Shown here: piece after piece, positions 1-10,096 of the stretch | Layout: each line of letters begins with the position of its first letter | Position numbering within the stretch: the first letter of the stretch is position 1 | Assembly: GCA_030697205.1 (NCBI GenBank) | Contig: JAUYQP010000059.1 | Span: 13,127 to 77,126, forward strand | From: Mycobacteriales bacterium | Lineage (GTDB): Bacteria > Actinomycetota > Actinomycetes > Mycobacteriales > SCTD01 | Length of the DNA stretch: 64,000 bases | Direction: 5' to 3' | Made by a program: the position numbers and the translations under genes | Notes under the pieces: generated by a model | Database searches by the model: none | What the model was told of the DNA's origin: nothing | What the model saw: only the letters and a program-made list of their open reading frames with translations

Positions 1-171
1 GGCGTTGTCGGCGCCGGTGACGCCGTGGCCGAGCTCGGCGGCGGTGGCCGCGGCCCGTTCGGCGCTGCGGCTGCCCAGCACGACCGACAGGCCCGCCTCG
101 GCGAAGCGGCGGGCGAGGCCGCGGCCCTGGGGGCCGGTGCCGCCCAGGACGGCGATGACGGGACTGCTCAA
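1..171 (-). CDS. npdG: NADPH-dependent F420 reductase (NpdG-like), N-terminal part; gene runs off the window start
   Basis: Reverse translation from TTG 171-169 gives [48 protein letters not shown], the Rossmann N-terminus typical of F420:NADP oxidoreductases. GAGGAG lies 6 nt upstream. The ORF is absent from the track because it is truncated by the window edge. Confidence 0.55.
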   Translation of the reverse strand, partial: MSSPVIAVLGGTGPQGRGLARRFAEAGLSVVLGSRSAERAAATAAELGHGVTGADNA

Positions 172-261
172 CGAAGGCTCCTCGGATCAGGTCTGCCGAA
201 CCTACGACGACTGCCCTGGTGTCTACTCGTCGGGCCACCCACCCGCTCCTGGAGGTATGAC

Positions 262-1062
262 GTGTACGAGGTGTCCGACCCGACGAAGGTCCTGACGGAG
301 CGCCGCGGCAGCACGCTCGTCGTCACGATCAACCGCCCCGCGGCGCGGAACGCTGTCGACGCCGACGTGCACGCGCTCGTCGGCGCGGCGGTCGAGCAGG
401 CCGAGCACGACCCGGAGATCAGGGCACTCGTCCTCACCGGCGCAGGCGACCAGGCCTTCTCCGCCGGCGCCGACCTCAAGGCGATCTCGCGCGGCGAGCC
501 CGTCCTCGCCCCGGGCACCGAGCACTGGTCCTTCGCCGGCTTCGTCGACCACTTCACGTCCAAGCCGACGATCGCCGCCGTCAACGGCAACGCCCTCGGC
601 GGCGGCACCGAGCTGGCCCTCGCCTGCGACCTGGTGGTCGCCGTCGAGACCGCGAGCTTCGGGCTCCCGGAGGTACGCCGGGGGCTGATCGCGGGCGCGG
701 GCGGCGTCTTCCGACTGGCCGAGCAGCTGCCGCCGAAGGTCGCGATGCAGCTCATCCTCACCGGCGAGCCGATGCCCGCGGCCGAGGCGCTGCGCTGGGG
801 CCTGGTCAACCAGGTGGTCGCCCCCGGTCAGGCCCTCGACGCGGCGCTCGCCCTCGCCGACCTCATCGGCAAGGGCGCGCCGCTCGCGGTGCAGGCCAGC
901 AAGCGGATCGCCTACGGCGCGGTCGACGGCAAGCGCGCGGGCGAGGCCGCCAAGTGGCAGCAGAACTCCGAGGAGTTCCTCGTCCTGCTCGGCAGCCACG
1001 ACGCGATGGAGGGGCCGACGGCCTTCGCCGAGAAGCGCGAGCCGGTCTGGCAGGCCCGCTGA
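262..1062 (+). CDS. enoyl-CoA hydratase/isomerase (crotonase family)
   Basis: Frame of ORF 25..1062. Crotonase motifs LVVTINRPAARNAV, LTGAGDQAFSAGADLK and NGNALGGGTELALACD are present. Start set at GTG 262, 6 nt after GGAGG (251-255); the upstream part of the ORF is low-complexity and overlaps npdG. Confidence 0.9.
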   Translation: MYEVSDPTKVLTERRGSTLVVTINRPAARNAVDADVHALVGAAVEQAEHDPEIRALVLTGAGDQAFSAGADLKAISRGEPVLAPGTEHWSFAGFVDHFTSKPTIAAVNGNALGGGTELALACDLVVAVETASFGLPEVRRGLIAGAGGVFRLAEQLPPKVAMQLILTGEPMPAAEALRWGLVNQVVAPGQALDAALALADLIGKGAPLAVQASKRIAYGAVDGKRAGEAAKWQQNSEEFLVLLGSHDAMEGPTAFAEKREPVWQAR

Positions 1063-1190
1063 CCTCGGCGTACGCCTGAGTGGCGCGCGTCACGCCACCC
1101 CACCGGTGACGGCGCGGCACGCGTGTGGCGCAATGGGGTTCCACGCGAACCGTCGTTCACTGGGTCCGTCCGAGATCAGGAGGTCGTCCG

Positions 1191-2330
1191 ATGAGGGACG
1201 CCGTCATCGTCGAAGCAGTCCGCACGCCCGTCGGGAAGCGCGGTGGGGGCCTGTCCGGCGTCCACTCCGCCGACATCTCCGCCCTCGTCCTGCAGGCGAT
1301 CGCCGAGCGCTCCGGCATCGACCCGGGTCTCGTCGACGACGTCATCTGGGGCGTCGTCATGCAGATCGGTGAGCAGACCTTCGACGTCGCGCGCACCGCC
1401 GTGCTGTCCGCCGGCTGGCCCGAGCACGTCCCCGGCACGACCGTCGACCGCCAGTGCGGCTCGTCGCAGCAGGCCGTGCACTTCGCGGCCGCGGGCGTCA
1501 TCAGCGGTCAGTACGACCTCGCCGTCGCGGGTGGCGTCGAGATGATGAGCCGCACCCCGATGGGCTCGTCGTTCACCGCCTCCCCCCTCGGCGCGATGTA
1601 CGCCGAGCGCTACGGCGAGGGCTTCCCCAACCAGGGCCTCGGCGCGGAGCAGATCGCCGACACGTGGGGCTTCAGCCGCACCGAGCTCGACGAGTACGGC
1701 CTGCAGTCGCACGAGCGGGCCGCCGCCGCGCAGGAGGCCGGCGCCTTCGACGCGCAGATCGTGCCCATCCAGACCGAGAACGGCCTGATCAGCAAGGACG
1801 AGGGCATCCGTCCCGGCGGCACCCTTGAGAAGCTCGCCACCCTCAAGACGCCCTTCAAGGAGGACGGCAAGATCACGGCGGCGAACTCCTCGCAGATCTC
1901 CGACGGGTCCGCGGCGCTGCTCATCACGACGAGCGAGTTCGCGGCGGCCAACGGCCTCACCCCGATCGCGCGCATCCACACCGCCGTCGTCACCGGCGCG
2001 GCCCCGATGCCGATGCTCACCGCCCCGATCCCCGCGACCCAGAAGGCGCTCGCGAAGTCCGGCCTGTCGCTGTCGGACATCGGCGCCTTCGAGGTCAACG
2101 AGGCCTTCGCGTCGGTGCCCATGGCGTGGCTCAAGGACATCGGCGCCGACGACAAGCTCACCAACGCACTCGGTGGCGCCATCGCCCTCGGTCACCCGCT
2201 GGGTGGCTCGGGCGCGCGCATCATGACCACGCTGGTCCACCACATGCGCGACAACGGCATCCGCTACGGCTTGCAGACGATGTGCGAGGGCGGCGGCCAG
2301 GCCAACGCCACCATCCTCGAGCTGCTCTAG
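1191..2330 (+). CDS. acetyl-CoA C-acetyltransferase (thiolase)
   Basis: MRDAVIVEAVRTPVGKRGG N-terminus. Thiolase contexts VDRQCGSSQQA, GHPLGGSGARI and CEGGGQANA are present. AGGAGG at 1178-1183 precedes ATG 1191. Confidence 0.93.
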   Translation: MRDAVIVEAVRTPVGKRGGGLSGVHSADISALVLQAIAERSGIDPGLVDDVIWGVVMQIGEQTFDVARTAVLSAGWPEHVPGTTVDRQCGSSQQAVHFAAAGVISGQYDLAVAGGVEMMSRTPMGSSFTASPLGAMYAERYGEGFPNQGLGAEQIADTWGFSRTELDEYGLQSHERAAAAQEAGAFDAQIVPIQTENGLISKDEGIRPGGTLEKLATLKTPFKEDGKITAANSSQISDGSAALLITTSEFAAANGLTPIARIHTAVVTGAAPMPMLTAPIPATQKALAKSGLSLSDIGAFEVNEAFASVPMAWLKDIGADDKLTNALGGAIALGHPLGGSGARIMTTLVHHMRDNGIRYGLQTMCEGGGQANATILELL

Positions 2331-2339
2331 CTCCCGGGG

Positions 2340-2369
2340 CCGGTCCGCACCGCGTCAGGTGCGGGCCGG
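2340..2369. terminator. GC-rich hairpin between convergent thiolase and C2H2 genes (candidate bidirectional terminator)
   Basis: ccggtccgcacc / ggtgcgggccgg form a 12-bp stem (one G-U pair) with a 6-nt loop, gcgtca. The loop contains the stop codon of the minus-strand gene. There is no U tract, which is common in actinobacteria. Confidence 0.4.
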
Positions 2370-2528
2370 CACCCCGGCGTCGGTCCGGACCTTCGGCGCC
2401 TTGTAGGCGGTGATGTGCTCCTGCACGACAACCAGGTCGTGCGGGGCGTGCTCCTCACGGGCGTGCTCGTCGAGCTCGCTGGTCCAGCTGAAGCGCAGTC
2501 CGCAGAGCGGGCAGTGGTAGGTCGTCAT
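2355..2528 (-). CDS. 57-aa protein with a single Krueppel-type C2H2 zinc finger
   Basis: MTTYHCPLCGLRFSWTSELDEHAREEH fits Y-x-C-x2-C-x3-F-x5-L-x2-H-x4-H exactly. ATG 2528 is preceded by GAGGAGG. The gene lies 48 nt downstream of hutG on the same strand. Confidence 0.6.
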   Translation of the reverse strand: MTTYHCPLCGLRFSWTSELDEHAREEHAPHDLVVVQEHITAYKAPKVRTDAGVPART

Positions 2529-2576
2529 CGTGGGACCTCCTCGTCCCCCGAGTGTGCGCCTCACGTCGCTGCAGGT

Positions 2577-3458
2577 CTAGCGGCTGGCCCACCCTGCCGC
2601 GACGGACAGCAGGCACATCGCGGCGAGCTGCACCGTGATGCCCGACATGTCGGCCGCCGCGTCCACCTCGGTGACGTCGACGGCGCGCACCGACCGGTGC
2701 TTTCCCGCTGCCACCGCCGCCTCGAGCAGCTCGTGCGGCAGCAGCCCGCCCGGCCGCGCCCCGGGGCAGCCGGGCACGAAGGCGCGGTCGACGACGTCGA
2801 CGTCGAGGTCGACGTAGACGACGTCGCAGGTCAACGCCAGGCGGTCGAGCTCGCGCGTGACGACCTCGCCCACCCGCCCGCGGCAGTCGGCGAGGCCCAC
2901 CGTGGTGATGCCCTCGGCGCGGCAGAAGCCGGCGTACTCCCTGCTGTTGGTGAGCTCGCCGATGCCGACCTGGACGACGTGGCGGCCGGGCAGCCCGGCC
3001 TCGAGCAGCCCGCGCACCGGGGTGCCGTTGGTCGGGCCGGCATGCCAGCCGCGCACGTCGTGGTGGGCGTCGAGGGTGAGCAGCCCGGCGCGCGACAGGT
3101 CCGGGGCGAGCGCCTGCAGCGCCGGCCAGGTGACGAGGTTGTCGCCCCCGAGAAGGACGAGCAGGTCGTACGACGGGAGGGCGGCGACCCCCGCGCGGGC
3201 CGCCTCGACCGCGGCCGTCCCCGTGAGGTCCGCGACGTCGAGGTCGCCGTGGTCGGCGAGCGCGGGCAGGTCGACGTCGAGCCCCGCGTGCCAGGTGGGG
3301 AAGCGGTGCAGCGCGGCCCGCACCGCGACCGGGGTGAGGTCGGCGCGCGAGGGCGAGATCGAGCTGCGGTGCAGGGGCACGCCGACGACGCCGACCCGCT
3401 GCCCGGCAGGCGGTCCGAGCAGGGTGGAGGCGCGCGGCCACAGCGGGTCGTCGGTCAC
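2577..3458 (-). CDS. hutG: formimidoylglutamase (arginase/ureohydrolase family)
   Basis: Ureohydrolase motifs [16 protein letters not shown] and VDLDVDVVD are present. The GTG start overlaps the hutI stop (GTGA). The call also rests on hut operon context. Confidence 0.8.
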   Translation of the reverse strand: MTDDPLWPRASTLLGPPAGQRVGVVGVPLHRSSISPSRADLTPVAVRAALHRFPTWHAGLDVDLPALADHGDLDVADLTGTAAVEAARAGVAALPSYDLLVLLGGDNLVTWPALQALAPDLSRAGLLTLDAHHDVRGWHAGPTNGTPVRGLLEAGLPGRHVVQVGIGELTNSREYAGFCRAEGITTVGLADCRGRVGEVVTRELDRLALTCDVVYVDLDVDVVDRAFVPGCPGARPGGLLPHELLEAAVAAGKHRSVRAVDVTEVDAAADMSGITVQLAAMCLLSVAAGWASR

Positions 3459-4639
3459 GCGGCGTCCTCGTCGTCGGGCCCGATGGGCAGGTCACCGCGC
3501 ACGACCTCACCCGCCCGCAGGACCGCGCGGACCAGGTCGACACCGGGCCGGTAGGCGAGCCAGGTCGGGGAGGGCGCGTCGAGCACGACGAGATCCGCGG
3601 GCGCGCCGACCCGCAGGTGGCCGGCGTCGCTGCGCAGCGCAGCGGCGCCGCCGAGGGTGGCCGCCCGCAGCGCCTCGAGGGGGGTCATCCCCAGCTCGCG
3701 GCAGGCCAGCGCGACGACGAAGGGCATCGAGGTGGTGAACGACGTGCCGGGGTTGCAGTCGGTCGCGAGGGCGACCGTGACGCCCGCGTCGAGCAGGCGG
3801 CGGGCGGGGGCGTAGGCGGACCGGGTCGAGAACTCCGCGGCCGGCACGAGCACCGCGGTGACGCCCGCGTCGCGCAGCGCGGTGACGTCGTCGTCGGTGA
3901 GGTGGGTGCAGTGGTCGGCTGACAGCGCGCCGAGCTCGGCGGCCAGCTGGACCCCCGGACCGGGCCGGAGCTGGTTGGCGTGGACGTGCACGGCGAGCCC
4001 CCGGGCGGCGCCGGCGCTGAGCACCTCGCGGCACTGGTCGACGTCGAAGGCGCCCTCCTCGCAGAAGGCGTCGACGGCGGTGGCGACCCCGGCGACCGCG
4101 TCGAGCATCGGCCCGCGCACGAGGTCGACGTAGTCCCGCGTCGTCGTGCCCTCGGGGGTCACGTGCGCGCCGAGGAACGTGCGGTGGGGGGTGAGGGTCG
4201 CTGCGACCTCGAGGCTGCGCAGCTCGTCGGCGACCGTGAGGCCGTAGCCGCTCTTCACCTCGATCGTCGTCGTGCCGGTGCGCAGCGCCTCCGCGGACAG
4301 CCGGGTCGCGCGGACGCGGAGCCGTGGGGTGGACTCGGCCCGGGTGGCGGCGACGGTGGTGCGGATGCCGCCTGCGGCGTAAGGGCGCCCGGCGAGGCGC
4401 GCCTCGAACTCCTCGGTGCGGTCACCCGCGAAGACCAGGTGGGTGTGGCTGTCGACGAAGCCCGGCACGACGGTGCCACCCCCGACGTCGAGCACCTCGT
4501 CGGCGACCGGCGTGACCGCCGCGGACCCGACCCAGACGACCCGGCCGCGGTCGACGACCAGCGCCGCGGACTCGCGCACGGGCTGCTCGGGGTCCCACGT
4601 GATGAGCGTCCCGATGCCGGTGACGAGCAGCGATCCCAC
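3455..4639 (-). CDS. hutI: imidazolonepropionase
   Basis: [15 protein letters not shown] and the amidohydrolase metal ligands (HVHANQ, DCNPG) are present. The 394-aa length fits, and the gene is adjacent to hutG. Confidence 0.93.
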   Translation of the reverse strand: MGSLLVTGIGTLITWDPEQPVRESAALVVDRGRVVWVGSAAVTPVADEVLDVGGGTVVPGFVDSHTHLVFAGDRTEEFEARLAGRPYAAGGIRTTVAATRAESTPRLRVRATRLSAEALRTGTTTIEVKSGYGLTVADELRSLEVAATLTPHRTFLGAHVTPEGTTTRDYVDLVRGPMLDAVAGVATAVDAFCEEGAFDVDQCREVLSAGAARGLAVHVHANQLRPGPGVQLAAELGALSADHCTHLTDDDVTALRDAGVTAVLVPAAEFSTRSAYAPARRLLDAGVTVALATDCNPGTSFTTSMPFVVALACRELGMTPLEALRAATLGGAAALRSDAGHLRVGAPADLVVLDAPSPTWLAYRPGVDLVRAVLRAGEVVRGDLPIGPDDEDAA

Positions 4640-4750
4640 GCCGGCAGTCTGCCCCCCACCTCCGGACTGGGTCGGCTTTTCTGAAGCATGTCGGGACGGC
4701 GGGCTCGAGCGGCGGGCCTGTGGGCGTCATCGACTGGGTAGGGAGCCGTC

Positions 4751-5080
4751 GTGGACCCGCTGCTCACTGCGCTCGACGACGCCCGCGCGCAGGTCGTGGC
4801 GCTCACGGCACAGCGGGCCGAGGTGGTGGCCGCCTCCGAGGGGTCCAACGCCGACGACGAGCACGACCCGGAAGGCGCGACGATCGCGTTCGAGCGCGAG
4901 CAGCTGACCGCGTTGCTCGACCAGGCGTGCGCAACCGTCGCGGCGCTCGAAGGCGCCGCCCTCCGGCGCGCAGCCGGTGACTACGGCCGCTGCGAGCGCT
5001 GCGGCGGGCCGATCGGTGACGAGCGGCTCGCCGCCCGGCCGCACGCGACCCACTGCATCGGGTGCGCTGGTCTCAGGTGA
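4751..5080 (+). CDS. DksA/TraR-family C4 zinc-finger protein
   Basis: C-terminal CERCGGPIGDERLAARPHATHCIGC is a CxxC-x17-CxxC motif, preceded by a coiled-coil-like N-terminal region. GTG start. The gene is antisense-oriented between hutU and hutI. Confidence 0.75.
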   Translation: MDPLLTALDDARAQVVALTAQRAEVVAASEGSNADDEHDPEGATIAFEREQLTALLDQACATVAALEGAALRRAAGDYGRCERCGGPIGDERLAARPHATHCIGCAGLR

Positions 5081-5083
5081 GCC

Positions 5084-6697
5084 TCACAGCATGGGCATGT
5101 CGATGCCGCGCTCGCGGGCGACGTCGCGGGCGATCTCGTAGCCGGCGTCGGCATGACGGACCACCCCGGTGCCGGGGTCGTTGGTGAGCACCCGCTCGAC
5201 GCGCCGCGCCCCGTCGGCGGTCCCGTCGGCGACGACCTGCGCGCCCGTGTGGATCGACTTGCCCATCCCGACGCCGCCGCCGTGGTGGACCGCGACCCAG
5301 GCCGCGCCGGACGCGACGTTGAGCAGGGCGTTGAGCACCGGCCAGTCGGCGATCGCATCGGACCCGTCGAGCATCGCCTCGGTCTCGCGGTAGGGACTCG
5401 CCACCGAGCCGCTGTCGAGGTGGTCGCGACCGATGACGACCGGCGCGCTGATCCGACCGCTCGCGACCAGGTCGTTGAGCACCTTGCCGGCAGCGGCCCG
5501 CTCGCCGTAGCCGAGCCAGCAGATCCGCGCCGGCAGTCCCTGGAAGGCGACCCGCTCCTGCGCCATCGGGATCCAGCGCTGCACGAAGGGGTTGTCGGGG
5601 AACTCATTGAGCAGAGCCTCGTCGGCGACCGCGATGTCCGCCGGGTCGCCCGACAGCGCCACGAACCGGAAGGGACCGGTGCCGCTGCAGAACAACGGCC
5701 GGATGTACGCCGGGACGAACCCCGGGTAGTCGAACGCGTCGGTGAGCCCGGCCGCGAGCGCCTCCCCACGCAGGTTGTTGCCGTAGTCGAAGACCTCGCT
5801 GCCGGCCCTCGCGAAGCCGACCATCGCGCGGCAGTGCTCGACCATCGAGGCGCGGGCGCGGTCGACGTACTCAGACGGCTTCGAGGCCCGCAGCTCTGCG
5901 GCCTCCTCCAGCGACAGCCTCGCCGGGACGTAGCCGTTGAGGGGGTCGTGGGCGCTGGTCTGGTCGGTGACGACGTCGAAGTGCTCGCCCGCGGCGAGCA
6001 GCGCGGGCAGCGCCTCGGCGGCGTTGGCGACGACGCCGATCGACACCGCCTCTCCCGCCGCCGCGGCCTGGCGGGCCCGGGCGACCCCGGCCGTGAGCGA
6101 GTCGGCGACCTCGTCGAGGTAGCGGGTCTCCAGCCGTCGCCGGACGCGCGCCGGGTCGACGTCGAGGCACAGCGAGACGCCGCCGTTGAGGGAGACCGCC
6201 AGCGGCTGCGCGCCACCCATGCCACCGAGGCCCGCGGTGAGCACGACCTTGCCGCGCAGGGTCCCGTCGTACCTCTGCTCGGCGAGCGCCGCGAAGGTCT
6301 GGAAGGTGCCCTGGACGATGCCCTGCGTGCCGATGTAGATCCAGGAGCCAGCGGTCATCTGGCCGTACATCGTGAGGCCCATCGCCTCCAGTGACCAGAA
6401 GTCCTCCCAAGTCGACCACGACGGGACGAGCAGCGAGTTGGCGAGCAGCACCCGGGGGGCATGCTCGAAGGTGCGGAAGACCGCGACCGGCTTGCCGCTC
6501 TGCACCATCAGCGTCTCGTCGTCCTTGAGCCGCTTCAGCGTGGCTTCGATGGCGGCGAGCGACGCGTGGTCGCGGGCGGCCTTGCCGTTGCCGCCGTAGA
6601 CGACGAGGTTGGCGGGGTCCTCGGCGACGTCGGGGTGGAGGTTGTTGCGCAGGCACCGCAGCGCGGCCTCCTGCAACCAGCCCTGGCACTCCATCAC
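5084..6697 (-). CDS. hutU: urocanate hydratase
   Basis: Matches urocanase along its length ([41 protein letters not shown]). The GTG start overlaps the hutH stop (GTGA). Confidence 0.95.
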   Translation of the reverse strand: MMECQGWLQEAALRCLRNNLHPDVAEDPANLVVYGGNGKAARDHASLAAIEATLKRLKDDETLMVQSGKPVAVFRTFEHAPRVLLANSLLVPSWSTWEDFWSLEAMGLTMYGQMTAGSWIYIGTQGIVQGTFQTFAALAEQRYDGTLRGKVVLTAGLGGMGGAQPLAVSLNGGVSLCLDVDPARVRRRLETRYLDEVADSLTAGVARARQAAAAGEAVSIGVVANAAEALPALLAAGEHFDVVTDQTSAHDPLNGYVPARLSLEEAAELRASKPSEYVDRARASMVEHCRAMVGFARAGSEVFDYGNNLRGEALAAGLTDAFDYPGFVPAYIRPLFCSGTGPFRFVALSGDPADIAVADEALLNEFPDNPFVQRWIPMAQERVAFQGLPARICWLGYGERAAAGKVLNDLVASGRISAPVVIGRDHLDSGSVASPYRETEAMLDGSDAIADWPVLNALLNVASGAAWVAVHHGGGVGMGKSIHTGAQVVADGTADGARRVERVLTNDPGTGVVRHADAGYEIARDVARERGIDMPML

Positions 6698-8238
6698 TGC
6701 AGCCCTCCAGTCACCTGCGACGCGGCGTCGAGCAGAGCGGGTACGGCGGCGACGGCCGCCTCGATCTCGTCGGAGAGCACCCGGTCGGGGCCGGGTCCGT
6801 CGACGGTGCGGCGCAGCGCGGCGACGACCGCAGCGGTCGCGGGGGCCGGGGTGAGCGGCGCGCGCAGGTCGAGACCGCGGGCGGCGGTCATGACCTCGAT
6901 GGCGAGGACCCGGCGCAGGCCGTCGACGGTGCGGCGCAGCTTGCGGGCCGCGCCCCAGCCCATCGAGACGTGGTCCTCCTGCATGGCGCTGCTCGGGATC
7001 GAGTCGACGCTGGCGGGAGCGGCCAGGCGCTTGAGCTCGCTGACGATGCCGGCCTGGGCGTACTGCGCGATCATCAGCCCGCTGTCGACGCCGGGGTCGT
7101 CGGCGAGGAACGGCGGCAGCCCGTGGTTGCGGCTCTTGTCGAGCAGCCGGTCGGTGCGCCGCTCGCTGATGCTCGCGAGATCCGCGGCGGCGATGGCGAG
7201 GAAGTCGAGCGCGTAGGCGACCGGGGCGCCGTGGAAGTTGCCGTTGGACGCCAGCCGCCCGTCGGGCAGCAGCACCGGGTTGTCGATGGCTGACGCGGCC
7301 TCGCGGGCGGCGACGGTGCGGCAGTGCTCGAGGGTGTCACGGACCGCGCCCGCGACCTGCGGGGCGCAGCGCAGCGAGTAGGCGTCCTGCACCCGGGTGT
7401 CCTCCGGGCCGGCGTGGCTCGCGACGACCTCGGAGCCGTGGAGCAGCGCGCGCAGGTTGGCGGCGGACGCCTGCTGCCCGGGGTGCGGCCGCAGGGCCAC
7501 GAGGTCCTCGGCGAAGGCGCTGTCGGTGCCGAGCAGCGCCTCGACGCTCATCGCCGCGGCCACGTCGGCGAGGCGTGCCAGGTCGGCGAGGTCGTGGCAG
7601 GCGAGCATCAGCTCGGCGAGCATCCCGTCGGTGCCGTTGATGAGGGCGAGGCCCTCCTTCTCGGCGAGCGTGACGGGCTCGAGGCCGGCTGCCGCGAGCG
7701 CGTCGGCTGCTGGGAGCAGGCGGCCGTCGTGGTCGCGTACGGACCCCTCCCCCATCACCGCGAGGGCGACGTGGGCGAGCGGCGCGAGGTCACCGGAGCA
7801 GCCGAGGCTGCCGTACTCCCGCACGATCGGCGTGATGCCCGCGTTGAGCAGCCCGGCGTAGGCCTCTGCCGTCTCCGCTCGCACACCGGTGCGCCCGGTG
7901 GCGAGGGTCCGCAGCCGCAGCAGCGCCAGGCCACGCACGACCTCGCGCTCGACCTCCGCGCCGGTGCTCGCAGCGTGCGAGCGGACCAATGAGCGCTGCA
8001 GCTGGGTGCGCTTCTCGACCGGGATGTGGCGGGTCGCGAGCGCCCCGAAACCGGTACTCACGCCGTAGACCGGGACGTCGCTCGCGGCCAGCGCGTCGAC
8101 GTGCGCGCGGGCGTCGCGGATCAGGGTCAGCGACTCCGGGCTGATCTCGACCCGGGCCCCGTGGCGGGCCACCGCGACGAGCTCGTCCTCGGTGAGGGCC
8201 CGGTCCGGGTGCAGCACGACAGCGTCCACGCCCGGCAC
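6694..8238 (-). CDS. hutH: histidine ammonia-lyase
   Basis: MIO-forming segment [14 protein letters not shown] is present and HAL similarity runs full length. Start chosen at GTG 8238 (alternative GTG 8229), because the ORF start at 8322 would overlap the upstream MBL gene. Confidence 0.92.
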   Translation of the reverse strand: MPGVDAVVLHPDRALTEDELVAVARHGARVEISPESLTLIRDARAHVDALAASDVPVYGVSTGFGALATRHIPVEKRTQLQRSLVRSHAASTGAEVEREVVRGLALLRLRTLATGRTGVRAETAEAYAGLLNAGITPIVREYGSLGCSGDLAPLAHVALAVMGEGSVRDHDGRLLPAADALAAAGLEPVTLAEKEGLALINGTDGMLAELMLACHDLADLARLADVAAAMSVEALLGTDSAFAEDLVALRPHPGQQASAANLRALLHGSEVVASHAGPEDTRVQDAYSLRCAPQVAGAVRDTLEHCRTVAAREAASAIDNPVLLPDGRLASNGNFHGAPVAYALDFLAIAAADLASISERRTDRLLDKSRNHGLPPFLADDPGVDSGLMIAQYAQAGIVSELKRLAAPASVDSIPSSAMQEDHVSMGWGAARKLRRTVDGLRRVLAIEVMTAARGLDLRAPLTPAPATAAVVAALRRTVDGPGPDRVLSDEIEAAVAAVPALLDAASQVTGGLQ

Positions 8239-8257
8239 TCTGCCACCGATCTGCAGG

Positions 8258-8887
8258 TCAGTGGCCGCGCTTGACCCACTCGTCGTACGACGGGAGCTCC
8301 GCGCCGATGGTGGTCTCTGCACCGTGGCCGGTCAGCACGCGGGTCTCGGGCGGCAGCGCGCCGAGGCGGTCCTTGATGGAGCGCAGGATCGTCGGGAAGT
8401 CGCTGTAGGACCGGCCGGTCGCACCGGGACCGCCCTGGAAGAGGGTGTCCCCGGAGAAGACCAGCCCGAGGTCGGGCACGGACAGGCAGACCGCGCCGGG
8501 GGCGTGACCCGGGGTGTGGACCACCTCGACGCGGGTGCCCGCGACCTCGAGGCGCATGCCGTCCCGCAGGTCGCCGTCGGGCTCGTGCAGCGAGTGGGTG
8601 AGGTCCCACAGCACCCGGTCGTCGGGGTGAAGCAGCACGGGCGCGCTGGTCCGCTCCGAGAGCTCCGGGGCGAAGCGGACGTGGTCGTCGTGGGCGTGGG
8701 TGCAGACGATCGCGACGACCGTGCGGTCACCGACCGCGGCCTCGATCGCGTCGGGGTCGTGGGGGGCGTCGACGACGATGACCTCGGAGTCGTCGCCGAG
8801 GATCCAGACGTTGTTGTCGACGTCGAAGACCTGCCCGTCAAGGCTGAAGGTCCCGGACGTCACGAGGTGCTCGACGCGGGCGGTCAC
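8258..8887 (-). CDS. MBL-fold metallo-hydrolase (glyoxalase II-like; candidate S-formylmycothiol hydrolase)
   Basis: Contains the THAHDDH metal motif and HTPGHAPG. The GTG start overlaps the stop of the upstream dehydrogenase (GTGA). The dehydrogenase-MBL pairing is conserved in actinobacteria. Confidence 0.85.
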   Translation of the reverse strand: MTARVEHLVTSGTFSLDGQVFDVDNNVWILGDDSEVIVVDAPHDPDAIEAAVGDRTVVAIVCTHAHDDHVRFAPELSERTSAPVLLHPDDRVLWDLTHSLHEPDGDLRDGMRLEVAGTRVEVVHTPGHAPGAVCLSVPDLGLVFSGDTLFQGGPGATGRSYSDFPTILRSIKDRLGALPPETRVLTGHGAETTIGAELPSYDEWVKRGH

Positions 8888-9966
8888 AGCACGACCACCG
8901 AGCGCAGGACCTCGCCCTTCTCCATGCGATGGAAGGACTCCTCGACGCCGTCGAGCCCGATCCGCTCGGAGACGAAGCGGTCGAGCGGGAAGCGGCCCTG
9001 CTGCCACAGGTCGACCAGCAGCGGGAAGTCGCGCGAGGGCAGGCAGTCGCCGTACCAGCTCGACTTCAGCGTCCCGCCGTGGCCGAAGACCTCGATGAGC
9101 GGCACCTCGAAGGTCATCGTCGGGTTGGGCACGCCGACGAGGACGGCGGTGCCGGCGAGGTCGCGCGCGTCGAAGGCCTGGCGGAAGGTCTCGGGCCGCC
9201 CGACGGCGTCGATGACGACGTCGGGACCGAAGCCGCCGGTGAGCGCCCGGAGCTCCGCCACGACGTCGACGGAGCCGGCGTTGACGGTGTGGGTGGCGCC
9301 GAAGCCGCGCGCCCACTCGAGCTTGCGGTCGTCGAGGTCGACCGCGATGACCTGGCGGGCCCCGGCGTAGAGCGCCCCGCAGATCGCCGCGTCGCCGACG
9401 CCGCCGCAGCCGAGGACCGCGACGGTGTCGCCCTTCTGGACCGGCGCGGTGTTGACCGCCGCGCCCCAGCCGGCCATGACGCCGCAGCCGATGAGGCCGG
9501 CCGCGGCCGGGTCGACCGTCGCGACCTTGGTGCACTGGCCGGCGGCGACGAGCGTCTTCTCCGCGAAGGCCCCGATGCCGAGCGCGGGCGAGAGCACCGT
9601 GCCGTCGGCGAGAGTCATCTTCTGGGTCGCGTTGTGCGTGGCGAAGCAGTACCACGGGCGGCCGCGCTCGCAGGCTCGGCAGGAGCCGCACACCGCGCGC
9701 CAGTTGAGGACGACGAAGTCGCCCGGCGCCAGGTCGGTGACGCCGTCACCGACCGCCTCGACGACACCCGCGGCCTCGTGACCGAGCAGGAAGGGGAAGT
9801 CGTCGTTGATGCCGCCCTCGCGGTAGTGCAGGTCGGTGTGGCAGACCCCGCAGGCCTGCACCTGGACCAGTGCCTCGCCGGGCCCGGGGTCCGGGACGAG
9901 GATCGTCTCGACGGCCACCGGCAGGCCCTTGCCCTTTGCGACGACACCGCGCACCTCGTGCACCAC
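8884..9966 (-). CDS. class III Zn alcohol dehydrogenase, S-(hydroxymethyl)mycothiol dehydrogenase-like
   Basis: [23 protein letters not shown] and the structural-Zn cysteine cluster [10 protein letters not shown] are present. Start at GTG 9966, 6 nt after GAGGAG. Confidence 0.88.
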   Translation of the reverse strand: MVHEVRGVVAKGKGLPVAVETILVPDPGPGEALVQVQACGVCHTDLHYREGGINDDFPFLLGHEAAGVVEAVGDGVTDLAPGDFVVLNWRAVCGSCRACERGRPWYCFATHNATQKMTLADGTVLSPALGIGAFAEKTLVAAGQCTKVATVDPAAAGLIGCGVMAGWGAAVNTAPVQKGDTVAVLGCGGVGDAAICGALYAGARQVIAVDLDDRKLEWARGFGATHTVNAGSVDVVAELRALTGGFGPDVVIDAVGRPETFRQAFDARDLAGTAVLVGVPNPTMTFEVPLIEVFGHGGTLKSSWYGDCLPSRDFPLLVDLWQQGRFPLDRFVSERIGLDGVEESFHRMEKGEVLRSVVVL

Positions 9967-10013
9967 TGCTGCTCCTCTCGACCGGGTCCTGGGTCCGTGC
10001 TGCCGCCCACCCA

Positions 10014-10048
10014 ACCACCCGGCGCACCGCCCGACCACACCACCCGGC
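10014..10048. promoter_or_regulatory. 10-bp direct repeat accacccggc x2 in the divergent dehydrogenase/paaZ intergenic region
   Basis: Identical decamers lie at 10014-10023 and 10039-10048 (25 bp start to start), inside the 130-bp divergent promoter region. Confidence 0.3.
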
Positions 10049-10096
10049 AGTAGGGTCCGGCTCGACCCAGACCGGGCAGAGGGCAAGGAGCGGGAC

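Noticed and set aside
6640-6697. hutU appears about 15-20 residues shorter at the N-terminus than typical urocanases
   Set aside because: The GTG start forms a GTGA overlap with the hutH stop, and the conserved W-x-x-E-A-x-L-R region is present. This is most simply natural N-terminal variation, not a truncation.
7730-7790. HutH has Cys-Ser-Gly instead of the textbook Ala-Ser-Gly MIO tripeptide
   Set aside because: As I recall, the PROSITE histidase/PAL signature allows S, A or C at that position, and actinobacterial histidases commonly carry Cys. It is not evidence of a novel activity.
223-8609. Numerous 150-420-aa alternative-frame ORFs (for example 223..999, 1176..2243, 2415..3554, 4981..6225, 5153..6394, 7324..7992)
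   Set aside because: All overlap well-supported genes (crotonase, thiolase, hutG/I/U/H) and show low-complexity R/P/A/G composition. This is expected in DNA of about 72% GC.
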